Origin: Opitutales bacterium | Lineage (GTDB): Bacteria; Verrucomicrobiota; Verrucomicrobiia; Opitutales; UBA9783 | Direction of reading: 5' to 3' | DNA length: 32,000 bases | Assembly: GCA_024407725.1 (NCBI GenBank) | Contig: JAKSVZ010000005.1 | Location: 1 to 32,000, forward strand | Shown here: positions 8,515 to 17,084 of the stretch, piece after piece | Numbering within the stretch: the stretch's first letter is position 1 | How the letters are laid out: each line of letters begins with the position of its first letter | Program-made: the position numbers and the translations under genes | The notes under the pieces: model-generated | What the model was told of the DNA's origin: nothing | The model's database searches: none | The model's input: only the letters and a program-made list of their open reading frames with translations

Positions 8515-9774
8515 CTACGAAGCGGCAATATATTGCTGAGCCAAGCGTTCAAACAAATCCCCGCGTTCTGCATAGGATGAAAACTGATCCCAACTGGTAA
8601 AACCGGGACTCAGTACTAAATTGAACGGTGCATTTTGGGGTAATTGTGTAAATACCTGCGCTAAATGACTGCAATGAGCCACGGGTACGTGAAATTGGTG
8701 TGCTTGCTCAAACAATTGTTCGCCCGTTTCACCTACCAAATAAATTTGTTCAATCGGATAAGCATTCAATAAATCGATAAATCCTTGCAACACTTCGCCC
8801 TTGCCGCCGCCCCCTAAAATCCAATGTAAATGCGGTAAGTGCTTCAAACTTTCCAAAGCTGCTTTAACTGCATGCAAATTGGTACCCTTAGAATCGTTCC
8901 AAAAAGCCACTGTATCGGTTTTGCAGCAACAATGAAGTCGGTGAGGAGCTTGTTTAAAGTTCGTTAGGCAATGCGCAACGATTGCGTCATCAATCCCCTT
9001 GAAACGCGCATAAGTTTGGATGAGAGCAAAATTCTCGCGTTGGCCATAAGAAAAGCTGTTGGGGAACTGAGTTAGTTCCTGATTTGTGACCGCATCTGGT
9101 TCAACAAACTGCAGGGTAGGGCAAGACATCCCAAAATGCTCCATCCATTCCCGTAAACTAGGACCGCAGATACACGGACCATCTGTTAAGGTTACTAGAT
9201 GGTATTTCGCCAAAAAATACTCTTTCAATCCGCCATGGTAGTCCAAATGATCCGGCGCAAAGTTGGTCCACAGAGTACAAATTGGACGAAACCATTGCAG
9301 GGTAGCGGCTTGAAACGAACTGACTTCGCACACATACACTCCTTTGTCGGACAACGCTGCATCAGCAACCGCTTGCGATAACACACGACCGTTATTGCCT
9401 ACCGATAACGCTTCCTGTCCATTGTCCTGCAACAATTGAGCCATCAACTCCGTTACCGAGGTTTTTCCATTGGTACCGGTTACCGCTATAATCGGATTGG
9501 TAAAGCAAGTAGCTGCAAAATCCAATTCGTTAACACAGAGTGCATGAGCCCGTTGCGCTTGAATTTTCCAAGGATGATTGGGGGCAAAACCGGGGCTAAA
9601 GATACACAGACCGTAGGATTCAAAGCGCGGCGATTGTGATTCTTTCTCATCCAGCAGCTCATAAGACCAATGGAGCGCTTTACATAAACTTGCCGCTCCT
9701 TTACCTGACAAACCTGCTCCGAAAATACCAACCAGTGGTTTTTTATGCAAAAACGGCTCTAATTTGCACTGCAT
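8515..9774 (-). CDS. murD: UDP-N-acetylmuramoyl-L-alanine--D-glutamate ligase
   Basis: Mur ligase motifs are present: the N-terminal Rossmann GIFGAGLSGKGAA and the P-loop VTGTNGKTSV. The track ORF extends to 9834 and overlaps mraY. The internal ATG at 9774 (MQCKLEPFLHKKPLVGIFG) lies 2 nt after the mraY stop. Confidence 0.85.
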   Translation of the reverse strand: MQCKLEPFLHKKPLVGIFGAGLSGKGAASLCKALHWSYELLDEKESQSPRFESYGLCIFSPGFAPNHPWKIQAQRAHALCVNELDFAATCFTNPIIAVTGTNGKTSVTELMAQLLQDNGQEALSVGNNGRVLSQAVADAALSDKGVYVCEVSSFQAATLQWFRPICTLWTNFAPDHLDYHGGLKEYFLAKYHLVTLTDGPCICGPSLREWMEHFGMSCPTLQFVEPDAVTNQELTQFPNSFSYGQRENFALIQTYARFKGIDDAIVAHCLTNFKQAPHRLHCCCKTDTVAFWNDSKGTNLHAVKAALESLKHLPHLHWILGGGGKGEVLQGFIDLLNAYPIEQIYLVGETGEQLFEQAHQFHVPVAHCSHLAQVFTQLPQNAPFNLVLSPGFTSWDQFSSYAERGDLFERLAQQYIAAS

Positions 9775-9776
9775 GA

Positions 9777-10895
9777 TTATCGCAATTTTAACGTCATAAG
9801 CCCCAAAAGCGCACACAGCACAGAAATAATCCAAAAACGCACCACAATTTTCGGTTCAGGTATTCCGGACAATTCAAAATGATGGTGGATAGGCGCTAAC
9901 TTAAAACAACGCTTATTGAATAATTTGAGCGATGAAAGCTGGAGGATAACCGAAAGCGTTTCAATTACGAACACGAAACCGATTAACACTAACGTAAAGG
10001 CTTGTTGGGTAATCAGGGCAATACATGCAATCCAAGTTCCAATCGCCAATGAACCGGTATCGCCCATAAAAATTTCTGCCGGATAGGTATTGAACCACAA
10101 GAAAGCTATGCCTGCGCCTGCGACCCCCCAACATAACACCGTTAATTCTTCGACGCCGCGCAGATAGGGGATGTTTAAATAATGGCTAAAGTTAATATTA
10201 CCCGTGCAATAAGTAAATATAGAATAAGTCAGTAGCACAATCACCGAACAACCGATGGCCAATCCATCCATCCCGTCGGTTAAATTAACCCCATTGCTGG
10301 TTCCGGAAATAACGAAAAACCAAAACAAGAATAAGAGCATAGGCGGTAGAGTCGCTACCCAAGGATGTTTGAAGAACGGCAGTTGAAGCCCGTCTATCTT
10401 TGAACCCACTTCTGGGATTCTCAGCAAAAAGTACAGCAATCCTAGGGTCAATAGTCCTTGCGCTAACCATTTAACTTGGCTACTCACCCCGCGCGCATTG
10501 TTAAATTTTATTTTCAGTAAATCATCCGTTAAGCCCAATAACCCCATCAACAATCCTGCCACCAAGGCACTATAACTATATACATTGGGTTTCATCCACA
10601 ATAACGATGCAATCAACACGCCCGAAACAATTCCAACGCCCCCCATGGATGTCGTATGCTTCTTGCCTTGATGCAATTGATTGAGCTGATTAAACACACT
10701 TTTTACCTCAAATACCTCTGCGGTACGTTCGGTATTGATTGCGTTCAATCGATGAAGCCACTTAAAGATTTTTGGGCTAATCCACAGACCCCACAATAAT
10801 GCCGTTACACAGCCCAAGGCACTGCGAAACGTTACATAACGAAATAATCGCAAGGGTCCGCAGGTTGATTCCAATAAGCACAAATAATAGAGCAT
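9777..10895 (-). CDS. mraY: Phospho-N-acetylmuramoyl-pentapeptide transferase
   Basis: 372-aa polytopic membrane protein with MraY signatures GLLGLTDDLLKI, NGVNLTDGMDGLAIG and FMGDTGSLAIG, plus the C-terminal APIHHHFE. Confidence 0.9.
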   Translation of the reverse strand: MLYYLCLLESTCGPLRLFRYVTFRSALGCVTALLWGLWISPKIFKWLHRLNAINTERTAEVFEVKSVFNQLNQLHQGKKHTTSMGGVGIVSGVLIASLLWMKPNVYSYSALVAGLLMGLLGLTDDLLKIKFNNARGVSSQVKWLAQGLLTLGLLYFLLRIPEVGSKIDGLQLPFFKHPWVATLPPMLLFLFWFFVISGTSNGVNLTDGMDGLAIGCSVIVLLTYSIFTYCTGNINFSHYLNIPYLRGVEELTVLCWGVAGAGIAFLWFNTYPAEIFMGDTGSLAIGTWIACIALITQQAFTLVLIGFVFVIETLSVILQLSSLKLFNKRCFKLAPIHHHFELSGIPEPKIVVRFWIISVLCALLGLMTLKLR

Positions 10896-10948
10896 GTTCT
10901 TCTAGTAAGAATTATAACGCTAATTGGCTGCAAACTCGAGTTTTATTA

Positions 10949-11024
10949 TGGTGGCTAGGGGCGGGATCGAACCGCCGACACAAGGCTTTTCAGGCCTCTG
11001 CTCTACCTACTGAGCTACCTTGCC
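10949..11024 (-). tRNA. tRNA-Phe (anticodon GAA), CCA encoded
   Basis: The reverse strand reads GGCAAGGTAGCTCAGTAGGTAGAGCAGAGGCCTGAAAAGCCTTGTGTCGGCGGTTCGATCCCGCCCCTAGCCACCA. It folds by hand into a 76-nt cloverleaf with anticodon loop CUGAAAA. One A4:A69 mismatch occurs in the acceptor stem. Confidence 0.9.
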
Positions 11025-11151
11025 ACAAACTTGTAAAATTAATATGAATAAACAAAATCTACCGTCAACCTTTTTCGTTGCTATCATTAGGGTATTCCGT
11101 CATTAACATGATTACATTAAGTAACTAAGTACGTCAGTTAGCGGAACATCT

Positions 11152-12030
11152 ATGCCACTCATGGTATTATTAGCAGGCCCCACTGCATCGGGCAAAACGA
11201 AATTGGCCTTAACGTTGGCTCAACGCTATAACTGTGAAATTTTATCGTGCGACGCTTCGTTATTTTATCGCGGCATGGATATCGGTACCGCCAAACCAAC
11301 TCCTTCGGAACGCGCCCAAGTTCCTCATTGGGGAATCGATATTACTGAACCCAACTGCTACTTTTCCATAAAAACCTTTATTCAATACGCTCAGCAATGC
11401 GTTGAGGATATAACAAGCCGCAACAAAAACGTATTGGTTGTAGGCGGATCCGGCTTCTATTTAAAAAGCTTTTTAAGCCCTATGGTGGATGACCTAGCGC
11501 CCGATTTTTCCATTCGCCAACAAATCGCGGATTTAGAACAACAGGAAGGTATTGAAAGTTGCCTCAAACGGCTGCAGGCGTTAAATCCAAACCTACCTTC
11601 CACGCTCGATACAAAAAATCCGCGGTTGATTAAAAAGCTCTTAGAACGGTGCTTGTCCTCCGGATTACCCTTGGAGGAAATTACAAACCAATTTAAGGCA
11701 CAGCCCATTCCCTACGCGCATTTCCAAAAACTCACCCTGTGTATTCAAAAACCACTAGAGGTACTTAAATGGCGCATTCGGGTACGTACGCACGCCATGC
11801 TACAAGCGGGATTGATTGATGAAGTCCAACGCCTTAACGACGCTCATAAATTACTTCCGGAATACCCAGCAACTTCCGCCATTGGTTATCGCGAAACCTT
11901 AGCGTTTTTAAAACATCCAAGCTCCGTGCAGGAACTAGAACAGGAAATTGTTCATAACACCTACGCTTTGGTCAAAAAACAGCTAACTTGGTTGCGCCAT
12001 CAAATCCCTATAGATCGCTGGATTTTATAA
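11152..12030 (+). CDS. miaA: tRNA dimethylallyltransferase
   Basis: The N-terminal P-loop LLAGPTASGKTKLAL is followed by EILSCDASLFYRGMDIGTAKPT. The length (292 aa) is typical of MiaA. Confidence 0.9.
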   Translation: MPLMVLLAGPTASGKTKLALTLAQRYNCEILSCDASLFYRGMDIGTAKPTPSERAQVPHWGIDITEPNCYFSIKTFIQYAQQCVEDITSRNKNVLVVGGSGFYLKSFLSPMVDDLAPDFSIRQQIADLEQQEGIESCLKRLQALNPNLPSTLDTKNPRLIKKLLERCLSSGLPLEEITNQFKAQPIPYAHFQKLTLCIQKPLEVLKWRIRVRTHAMLQAGLIDEVQRLNDAHKLLPEYPATSAIGYRETLAFLKHPSSVQELEQEIVHNTYALVKKQLTWLRHQIPIDRWIL

Positions 12031-12113
12031 TTTTCTGGGTCTATTTGTTAAAAAATGCGTAAAAGAGGTTGCGTTTTTCTAATAAAAACCTTTGCTTATA
12101 GAATATTTCAAGC

Positions 12114-12188
12114 GTCCTGTTCGTCTAGAGGTTAGGACATCGGGTTTTCATCCCGGCAACAGGAGTTCGATTCTCCTACGGGACGCCA
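12114..12188 (+). tRNA. tRNA-Glu (anticodon UUC), CCA encoded
   Basis: GTCCTGTTCGTCTAGAGGTTAGGACATCGGGTTTTCATCCCGGCAACAGGAGTTCGATTCTCCTACGGGACGCCA. The cloverleaf folds by hand (acceptor GTCCTGT/ACGGGAC, anticodon loop TTTTCAT). It closely parallels the classical bacterial tRNA-Glu layout. Confidence 0.9.
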
Positions 12189-12272
12189 AATGGTTCAATG
12201 AGCCAGCTTATTGCATCTATTCTATGTATTTGATGGGTGCAAAAATAATTCGTATTATTTTTAAAATAAAAT

Positions 12273-12292
12273 GTAACCTTAAGAAAGGTTAC
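12273..12292 (+). terminator. Perfect 8-bp hairpin downstream of tRNA-Glu (possible terminator)
   Basis: gtaacctt-aaga-aaggttac, followed by taactttaaatttt, which is T-rich but not a clean U-tract. Confidence 0.35.
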
Positions 12293-12320
12293 TAACTTTA
12301 AATTTTAAAACTTAATCTCT

Positions 12321-12366
12321 AAGTTTAAAATATATATTTATTTTAATCCGCTAAAATTTCTATCTA
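12321..12366 (+). repeat. Direct repeat copy 1 (46 nt) in the AT-rich intergenic region
   Basis: aagtttaaaatatatatttattttaatccgctaaaatttctatcta. By hand alignment this matches copy 2 at roughly 40 positions with two 1-nt indels. The core ttaatccGctaaaatTtctatcta versus ttaatccTctaaaatTcctatcta is 22/24 identical. Confidence 0.8.
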
Positions 12367-12440
12367 GAAATATTTTATACTTAAAACAAAGTAAGTCAAG
12401 TAAAATCTATAGGGAAATACATTAAGATTGAATTAAAAAC

Positions 12441-12468
12441 TTGACTGATTTTTAATAAAGTTTAAAAT
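12441..12468 (+). promoter_or_regulatory. Candidate sigma70 promoter for rplU-rpmA (TTGACT-16 nt-TAAAAT)
   Basis: TTGACT at 12441-12446, a 16-nt spacer, then TAAAAT at 12463-12468. The -10 lies inside repeat copy 2, which would place the conserved repeat core in the first ~30 nt of a ~125-nt leader. Confidence 0.4.
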
Positions 12469-12501
12469 AATATTTAATTAATCCTCTAAAATTCCTATCT
12501 A
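12458..12501 (+). repeat. Direct repeat copy 2 (44 nt), 137 bp downstream of copy 1
   Basis: aagtttaaaataatatttaattaatcctctaaaattcctatcta. A third partial core, ttaatctctaag, occurs at 12312-12323. The short motif ttaagattg also occurs twice (12422, 12512). Confidence 0.8.
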
Positions 12502-12599
12502 ATTTTATCGCTTAAGATTGGGATGTTTTAAAAAAATATCCAATTTTATACCAAAATAGCTTGCAAAAGATAAAATTTTGGTTTTAGTAAAGGACAATC

Positions 12600-12917
12600 A
12601 TGAAAGCGGTTATTCAAACACAAGGACGACAATTTACGGTTCAAGAGGGCGATATCTTGAAGGTTAACCGTTATCCCGATACAGAAGCAGGTAAGACCCT
12701 CGATATTAAAGATGTATTGATGTGCGAAGATGGTGCGGATGTACGTTTTGGTGATCCTTTGGTAAAAAATGCAGTAGTGCAGGTTAAAATTTTAGAAAAC
12801 AAGCGCGACAATAAAGTTCACATTTTAAAACATCGTCGTCGCGGAGGATTTCAACGGAAGCAAGGATTCCGCCAAGAACTTTCAGTCATTCGCGTTGAAT
12901 CCATCAAGGTAAAATAA
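12600..12917 (+). CDS. rplU: 50S ribosomal protein L21
   Basis: [22 protein letters not shown]... with the basic C-terminal segment [26 protein letters not shown]. The SD aaagga lies 5 nt upstream. It is immediately followed by rpmA, the conserved order. Confidence 0.9.
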   Translation: MKAVIQTQGRQFTVQEGDILKVNRYPDTEAGKTLDIKDVLMCEDGADVRFGDPLVKNAVVQVKILENKRDNKVHILKHRRRGGFQRKQGFRQELSVIRVESIKVK

Positions 12918-12929
12918 AGAGAGGGTTAT

Positions 12930-13181
12930 ATGTCGCATCATGCCGCACAAGGTTCGTCGAAAAACGGACGTGATAGTCGTTGCAAAAATTTAGGTGTCAA
13001 ACGTTACAGTGGAGAACAGGTTCATGCTGGAACCATCCTGATGCGTCAACGTGGCACCCAATACCATGCTGGTTTAAATGTCGGAGTCGGTAGGGATTTC
13101 ACCTTATTCGCCTTAATCGATGGTATCGTTGTATGGGACAAAGCCCATCGGAAAGTAGCAGTTACTCAACCAGCTGCTTAA
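12930..13181 (+). CDS. rpmA: 50S ribosomal protein L27
   Basis: The core [57 protein letters not shown] matches the L27 signature. The SD gagagg lies upstream. Confidence 0.9.
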   Translation: MSHHAAQGSSKNGRDSRCKNLGVKRYSGEQVHAGTILMRQRGTQYHAGLNVGVGRDFTLFALIDGIVVWDKAHRKVAVTQPAA

Positions 13182-13193
13182 TTTAAAAATCAG

Positions 13194-13223
13194 TAGGCTT
13201 CATCAAGAAGCCTATAATTTTTT
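13194..13223 (+). terminator. Rho-independent terminator after rpmA
   Basis: An 8-bp stem taggcttc / gaagccta with loop atcaa, followed by taatttttt. Confidence 0.7.
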
Positions 13224-13251
13224 CAATTTAACGCTTATTTATTGAGTTTGT

Positions 13252-14376
13252 GTGACTACCTTTTCTCGAGAAGATGCTTTTTTGATTTTAAATGCGCTTC
13301 CCCGAATCGGCTGGATTACACTCAACAAACTTTTACAGTTTTTTGACAATGATCCCCTAGCCATTCTTAATGGCAAGGCGGATGATTTTAAGCGTATTGC
13401 AATTCCGGCAGGAGCCATTAAATCGCTAGAGGAATGGCAAAAATTGTTCAATCTCGATAAAGAAAAGCAGCATCTTGAAAAAACAGGTGCTCATTTTATC
13501 TCATTTGAACATCCTTCGTATCCTCCGTTGTTAAAAACCATCTATGACCCACCGATTGGGTTGTATTATTTAGGGAATTTTTACCCAGAACGGAATTCAA
13601 TTGCCGTTATAGGTAGCCGTTACGCAGATGTTTACGGGCTACAGATTGCCGAACGCTTTGGGGTTGAATTGGCCGAACGAAACTGGACAGTAGTTGGAGG
13701 ATTTGCGCGTGGAATAGATACAGCCGCTCACAAAGGCGCACTCAAAGCCCACGGTTATACCATTGCGGTTTTGGGATGCGGTCTGGATTACATTTATCCC
13801 TGCGAAAATGTGGATTTATACGCCCAAATTAAAGAACAGGGGTGCTTAGTATCCGAATTCCCATTCGGGACGCAAGTGGGGAGGATGACCTTTCCGCGGC
13901 GCAATCGGATTCTATCGGGCATGACCCAAGCAACGTTGGTGGTTGAATCGGATATCAAAGGCGGCAGTATGTTAACGGCCGTACTCGCTAACGAACAAAA
14001 TCGGCAGGTATTTGCGGTTCCGGGGCCAATTGATGCGCCCATGCATCGCGGCTGTCACCATTTAATCCGCAATGGAGCTACCTTGGTAACCTGCGTTGAT
14101 GATGTGTTAGAAGATTTAAAAAGCGCGCCTCCCTTGCCCTTGCAATTAGATCTCGGCACCCGCGTTCAACGGGTTAAAAGCGGCAGCAAGCCAGAACTCA
14201 ATTCAAATGAGTTGCAGATTTATGAGTTGCTGGAAGAAAAAGGTGCCCTGTGTGATGCAGAAATTTGTGAATTACTGGACCTAAAGCCTGAATTCTTTCA
14301 AACGTTCATCTTTCACTTGGAGGTAAATCATTGGATTAAGCGCCGATCTGATGGGTTATACGAACTCATATCATGA
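13252..14376 (+). CDS. dprA: DNA processing protein DprA (Smf)
   Basis: GTG start, the first start codon after an in-frame stop. The Rossmann-like core is IAVIGSRYADVYG...VVGGFARGIDTAAHKGAL...AVLGCGLDYIYPCEN...SEFPFGT...FPRRNRILSG. A C-terminal winged-helix-like tail is present. Confidence 0.85.
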   Translation: MTTFSREDAFLILNALPRIGWITLNKLLQFFDNDPLAILNGKADDFKRIAIPAGAIKSLEEWQKLFNLDKEKQHLEKTGAHFISFEHPSYPPLLKTIYDPPIGLYYLGNFYPERNSIAVIGSRYADVYGLQIAERFGVELAERNWTVVGGFARGIDTAAHKGALKAHGYTIAVLGCGLDYIYPCENVDLYAQIKEQGCLVSEFPFGTQVGRMTFPRRNRILSGMTQATLVVESDIKGGSMLTAVLANEQNRQVFAVPGPIDAPMHRGCHHLIRNGATLVTCVDDVLEDLKSAPPLPLQLDLGTRVQRVKSGSKPELNSNELQIYELLEEKGALCDAEICELLDLKPEFFQTFIFHLEVNHWIKRRSDGLYELIS

Positions 14377-14990
14377 ACCTATTTCAGTCCATTACCTGCG
14401 GTCCTTATCAAACCAATGTTTATTACGCAATCGACCCTCATTCGGCATTAATCATTGATGCGGCTCCCGAAAGCTTCGACGCCCTAAAAAACCTATTAAT
14501 CGGTAAAAAAGTTCAGGTGTTATTAACCCATGGGCATTGGGACCATGTGGCGGATGCATCCAAATTTCAGCAGGAATCACACGCAACGCTTTATGGGCAT
14601 CCTGCCGATAGCAATTGGTTCAACGGTATTCATCAACCGAGCGTAATGCCTCCATGGGTGCAATACACTCCCTTTACCCCCGATCATTGGCTTCAAGACA
14701 ACCAAACCATCGAAACCTTTGTAGGAGCCTTTCAGGTAGTGCACTTGCCGGGTCATACTGCTGGTTGCGTTGGGTTTTATCTACCCGCAAACAACGTATT
14801 ATTTTCAGGCGATACTCTTTTTTGCAACGCGGTTGGTCGAACCGATCTAACCGACGGCTCATTCGATGCCCTAACCACCTCCATCGATAAACTGCTGCAG
14901 TTACCCCCCACAACACAGGTATTTCCAGGGCATGGACGCTCAACCACCCTTCAAGAAGCTAAAATATTTTGGGAAAACGAGCACCGTTAA
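14373..14990 (+). CDS. MBL-fold metallo-hydrolase (glyoxalase II-like family)
   Basis: THGHWDH motif, a later HLPGHTAG, GDTLF and FPGHG. 205 aa. The start overlaps the dprA stop (ATGA). Confidence 0.75.
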   Translation: MNLFQSITCGPYQTNVYYAIDPHSALIIDAAPESFDALKNLLIGKKVQVLLTHGHWDHVADASKFQQESHATLYGHPADSNWFNGIHQPSVMPPWVQYTPFTPDHWLQDNQTIETFVGAFQVVHLPGHTAGCVGFYLPANNVLFSGDTLFCNAVGRTDLTDGSFDALTTSIDKLLQLPPTTQVFPGHGRSTTLQEAKIFWENEHR

Positions 14991-15005
14991 CGTGCATTAA
15001 AAAAG

Positions 15006-16181
15006 CTATTTGTTCAGCTTCAACTTTTCCGCTAAGCGGTCAAAGATAATAGCCATAGCGCCATTTCCCGTTACATTGCACGATGTGATAATGGGATCGA
15101 ACAGGATGTAAAGCGCGGTTACCAAAGCTAACATGTCCGCGTTGAGCCCCAAATAGCTTTGCATAATCGGCAACATTACCAGTACCCCGCCGCCCGGAAC
15201 CGCTGCAACCGCAAACTTTGCTAAGATAAAATGGAATGCAAACGGTAAATAACAGGAAGCATTGGGGATTGCCATGCCGAATGAAATCATAACCGCCAAA
15301 GCCACCATAGGGATAAAAAAGCAGTCACCTACCAAATGAATATTAACGGTAGATGGGATAATGATAGCGGCATTTTTCTCATCCATTACATTTTTTTCAG
15401 CAGCCTTGATGGACAGGGGCAAGGCAGCAGCGCTCGACATAGAGCTAAAAGCAGTAATAACCGCGGGAATAACATTTTTTAAATAATACAAAAAGGTAGT
15501 TAGTTTACCGTGCGATAACACAGCAAATTCAAGCAGCACCAAACCAAAGGATGTAAAGAGAAACACCAACAAAACCGGCAAATAACCCTTAACAATCGCC
15601 GTTAACACCCCATCACATTGCAACTTGATAACCGTACCAATGATAAATAAAGGCATAATCGGGATTAAGCACTTGAAAAACAGGGCAGAAAAGCGCTCCA
15701 ACACCCATATTAACTTTGATACATGCACCGGAATAATTCCCAAGGCAAACCCCAGGCACACCCCTGATATCAATGCGTAATTGTTGGATACCAAGGGCGA
15801 TAATTTAATGGAAAATGCAGGCACCAATTGACTAGCGGTAGTTATGGCAGCCGTTAAATGCCAACTTTTATGCAAAAGTGCTATAGATGCCCAATAAGAC
15901 AGCCACGTATTGCAGAAATTCGAAAGGCAAATAAGCGGTAAAATCAGCACAATCGACTTCAAGGCTTTCGCGCCCAAACGAACAATCGAAGTAATGATGA
16001 GCGAAAAGATAACGAACGGTAAGCAGAAGATTAACCCCTCTTTAATCGCTAAACTAATTGCGTACAGGATAGATTTAATAGAGTAGGGGAGGATAGGTTC
16101 GCTTACAATCGATCCAACCAAAGCCACAAAGAAAACCAATGGCATAGGAAAATGCTTGCTCTTACCCCCTTTATCATTCAT
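15006..16181 (-). CDS. Dicarboxylate/amino acid:cation symporter (DAACS/GltP-SstT family)
   Basis: 391-aa polytopic membrane protein with the family reentrant-loop motif AFSSMSSAAALPLSIKAAE and a C-terminal NVTGNGAMAIIF-like segment. Confidence 0.8.
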   Translation of the reverse strand: MNDKGGKSKHFPMPLVFFVALVGSIVSEPILPYSIKSILYAISLAIKEGLIFCLPFVIFSLIITSIVRLGAKALKSIVLILPLICLSNFCNTWLSYWASIALLHKSWHLTAAITTASQLVPAFSIKLSPLVSNNYALISGVCLGFALGIIPVHVSKLIWVLERFSALFFKCLIPIMPLFIIGTVIKLQCDGVLTAIVKGYLPVLLVFLFTSFGLVLLEFAVLSHGKLTTFLYYLKNVIPAVITAFSSMSSAAALPLSIKAAEKNVMDEKNAAIIIPSTVNIHLVGDCFFIPMVALAVMISFGMAIPNASCYLPFAFHFILAKFAVAAVPGGGVLVMLPIMQSYLGLNADMLALVTALYILFDPIITSCNVTGNGAMAIIFDRLAEKLKLNK

Positions 16182-16211
16182 ATTTTCATTTTTATAACTA
16201 TCTTATAAGTA

Positions 16212-17084
16212 ATGGAAAGTAAAAATACCTTTCGTGGATTAAGTTGGTTTTTCTTAAGCTTAATCGTCAGTGTCAGTTTGGATGTACTAACTAAAAAAGC
16301 CGGTCAGTCGTTAAGCGGAGCCGAAGTCACCTTTTATCGTTACCTATTTGGGTCGTTGGTGCTCGTTCCGTTTCTGATGCATCAATGGCTACAAAGCGGT
16401 TTTTGCATCACCCCGTATTGGAAAATTCATATTTTCCGTGGACTTTTGTTGTTTGGCGCCATCTGGCTCCGTTGCTACGGATTGCAATATGTGGCCATCA
16501 ATACAGCTGTGGTATTGAATTACGCTGTTCCGTTTTTTACTTTGATATTTTCAGTCCCTTTACTGCATGAACATAGCAGCCGCAGCCGGTGGATAACCAC
16601 CCTAATCGCTTTCAGCGGGCTTTTGGTTGTCCTCAACCCAAGCGATATGTCCGGAAAATACGTCAGTATTCTGTTGTTTTCCGCATTCATGTTCTCACTG
16701 GTAGATATTTATAATAAAAAATATATCTGCAAAGAATCCATGATTAATATGCTGTTTTATACCGCCTTATGTGCGTTTATATTCAGCATCTATCCTGCGT
16801 ACAAGAACACAACCTGTACCTTTTTTACAGGGTTATGGAATAACCTATGGGTAATTTTAGGGCTTGGTATCGGAGCAAATTTAATGTTTTATTGTTTATT
16901 GAAAGCATTTTCATACATGGACGCATCAGCCTTAGCACCGTTCCAATACTGTGATTTCATTATTTCAGCGATTATGGGTTATGTCTTCTTCTCGGAAAAA
17001 TTAACCCTACCAACATGCTGCGGGTTTGCCATTATAGCTCCATGCGCATTATTTTTAACCTACAAAGAAAGTAAAAAGAAATGA
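16212..17084 (+). CDS. EamA/DMT-superfamily transporter (10 TM)
   Basis: 290-aa protein with two EamA-like halves and about 10 hydrophobic segments. The stop overlaps the metK start (ATGA at 17081-17084). Confidence 0.8.
   Translation: MESKNTFRGLSWFFLSLIVSVSLDVLTKKAGQSLSGAEVTFYRYLFGSLVLVPFLMHQWLQSGFCITPYWKIHIFRGLLLFGAIWLRCYGLQYVAINTAVVLNYAVPFFTLIFSVPLLHEHSSRSRWITTLIAFSGLLVVLNPSDMSGKYVSILLFSAFMFSLVDIYNKKYICKESMINMLFYTALCAFIFSIYPAYKNTTCTFFTGLWNNLWVILGLGIGANLMFYCLLKAFSYMDASALAPFQYCDFIISAIMGYVFFSEKLTLPTCCGFAIIAPCALFLTYKESKKK

Noticed and set aside
8509-8515. Convergent gene ends only 5 bp apart (OMP/murD), and 15 bp apart at 14990/15006, without terminators
   Set aside because: This is a real observation but is consistent with the general compaction of this genome. 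There is no specific structure to report.
10799-11047. Track ORF 10799..11047 (+)
   Set aside because: It runs through tRNA-Phe and the mraY 5' end on the other strand. It is spurious.
12092-12295. Track ORF 12092..12295 (+)
   Set aside because: It reads straight through tRNA-Glu. It is spurious.
12189-12599. The AT-rich repeat region as a CRISPR array or as oriC
   Set aside because: Against CRISPR: there are only two full, imperfect, AT-rich repeats 137 bp apart and no cas genes. Against oriC: I could not find any TTATCCACA-like DnaA box on either strand, and no dnaA or dnaN is nearby. I cannot exclude oriC without a genome-wide GC-skew analysis.
16182-16211. SAM riboswitch upstream of the EamA-metK unit
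   Set aside because: Only 30 bp of intergenic sequence is available, which is far too short for any SAM riboswitch class.
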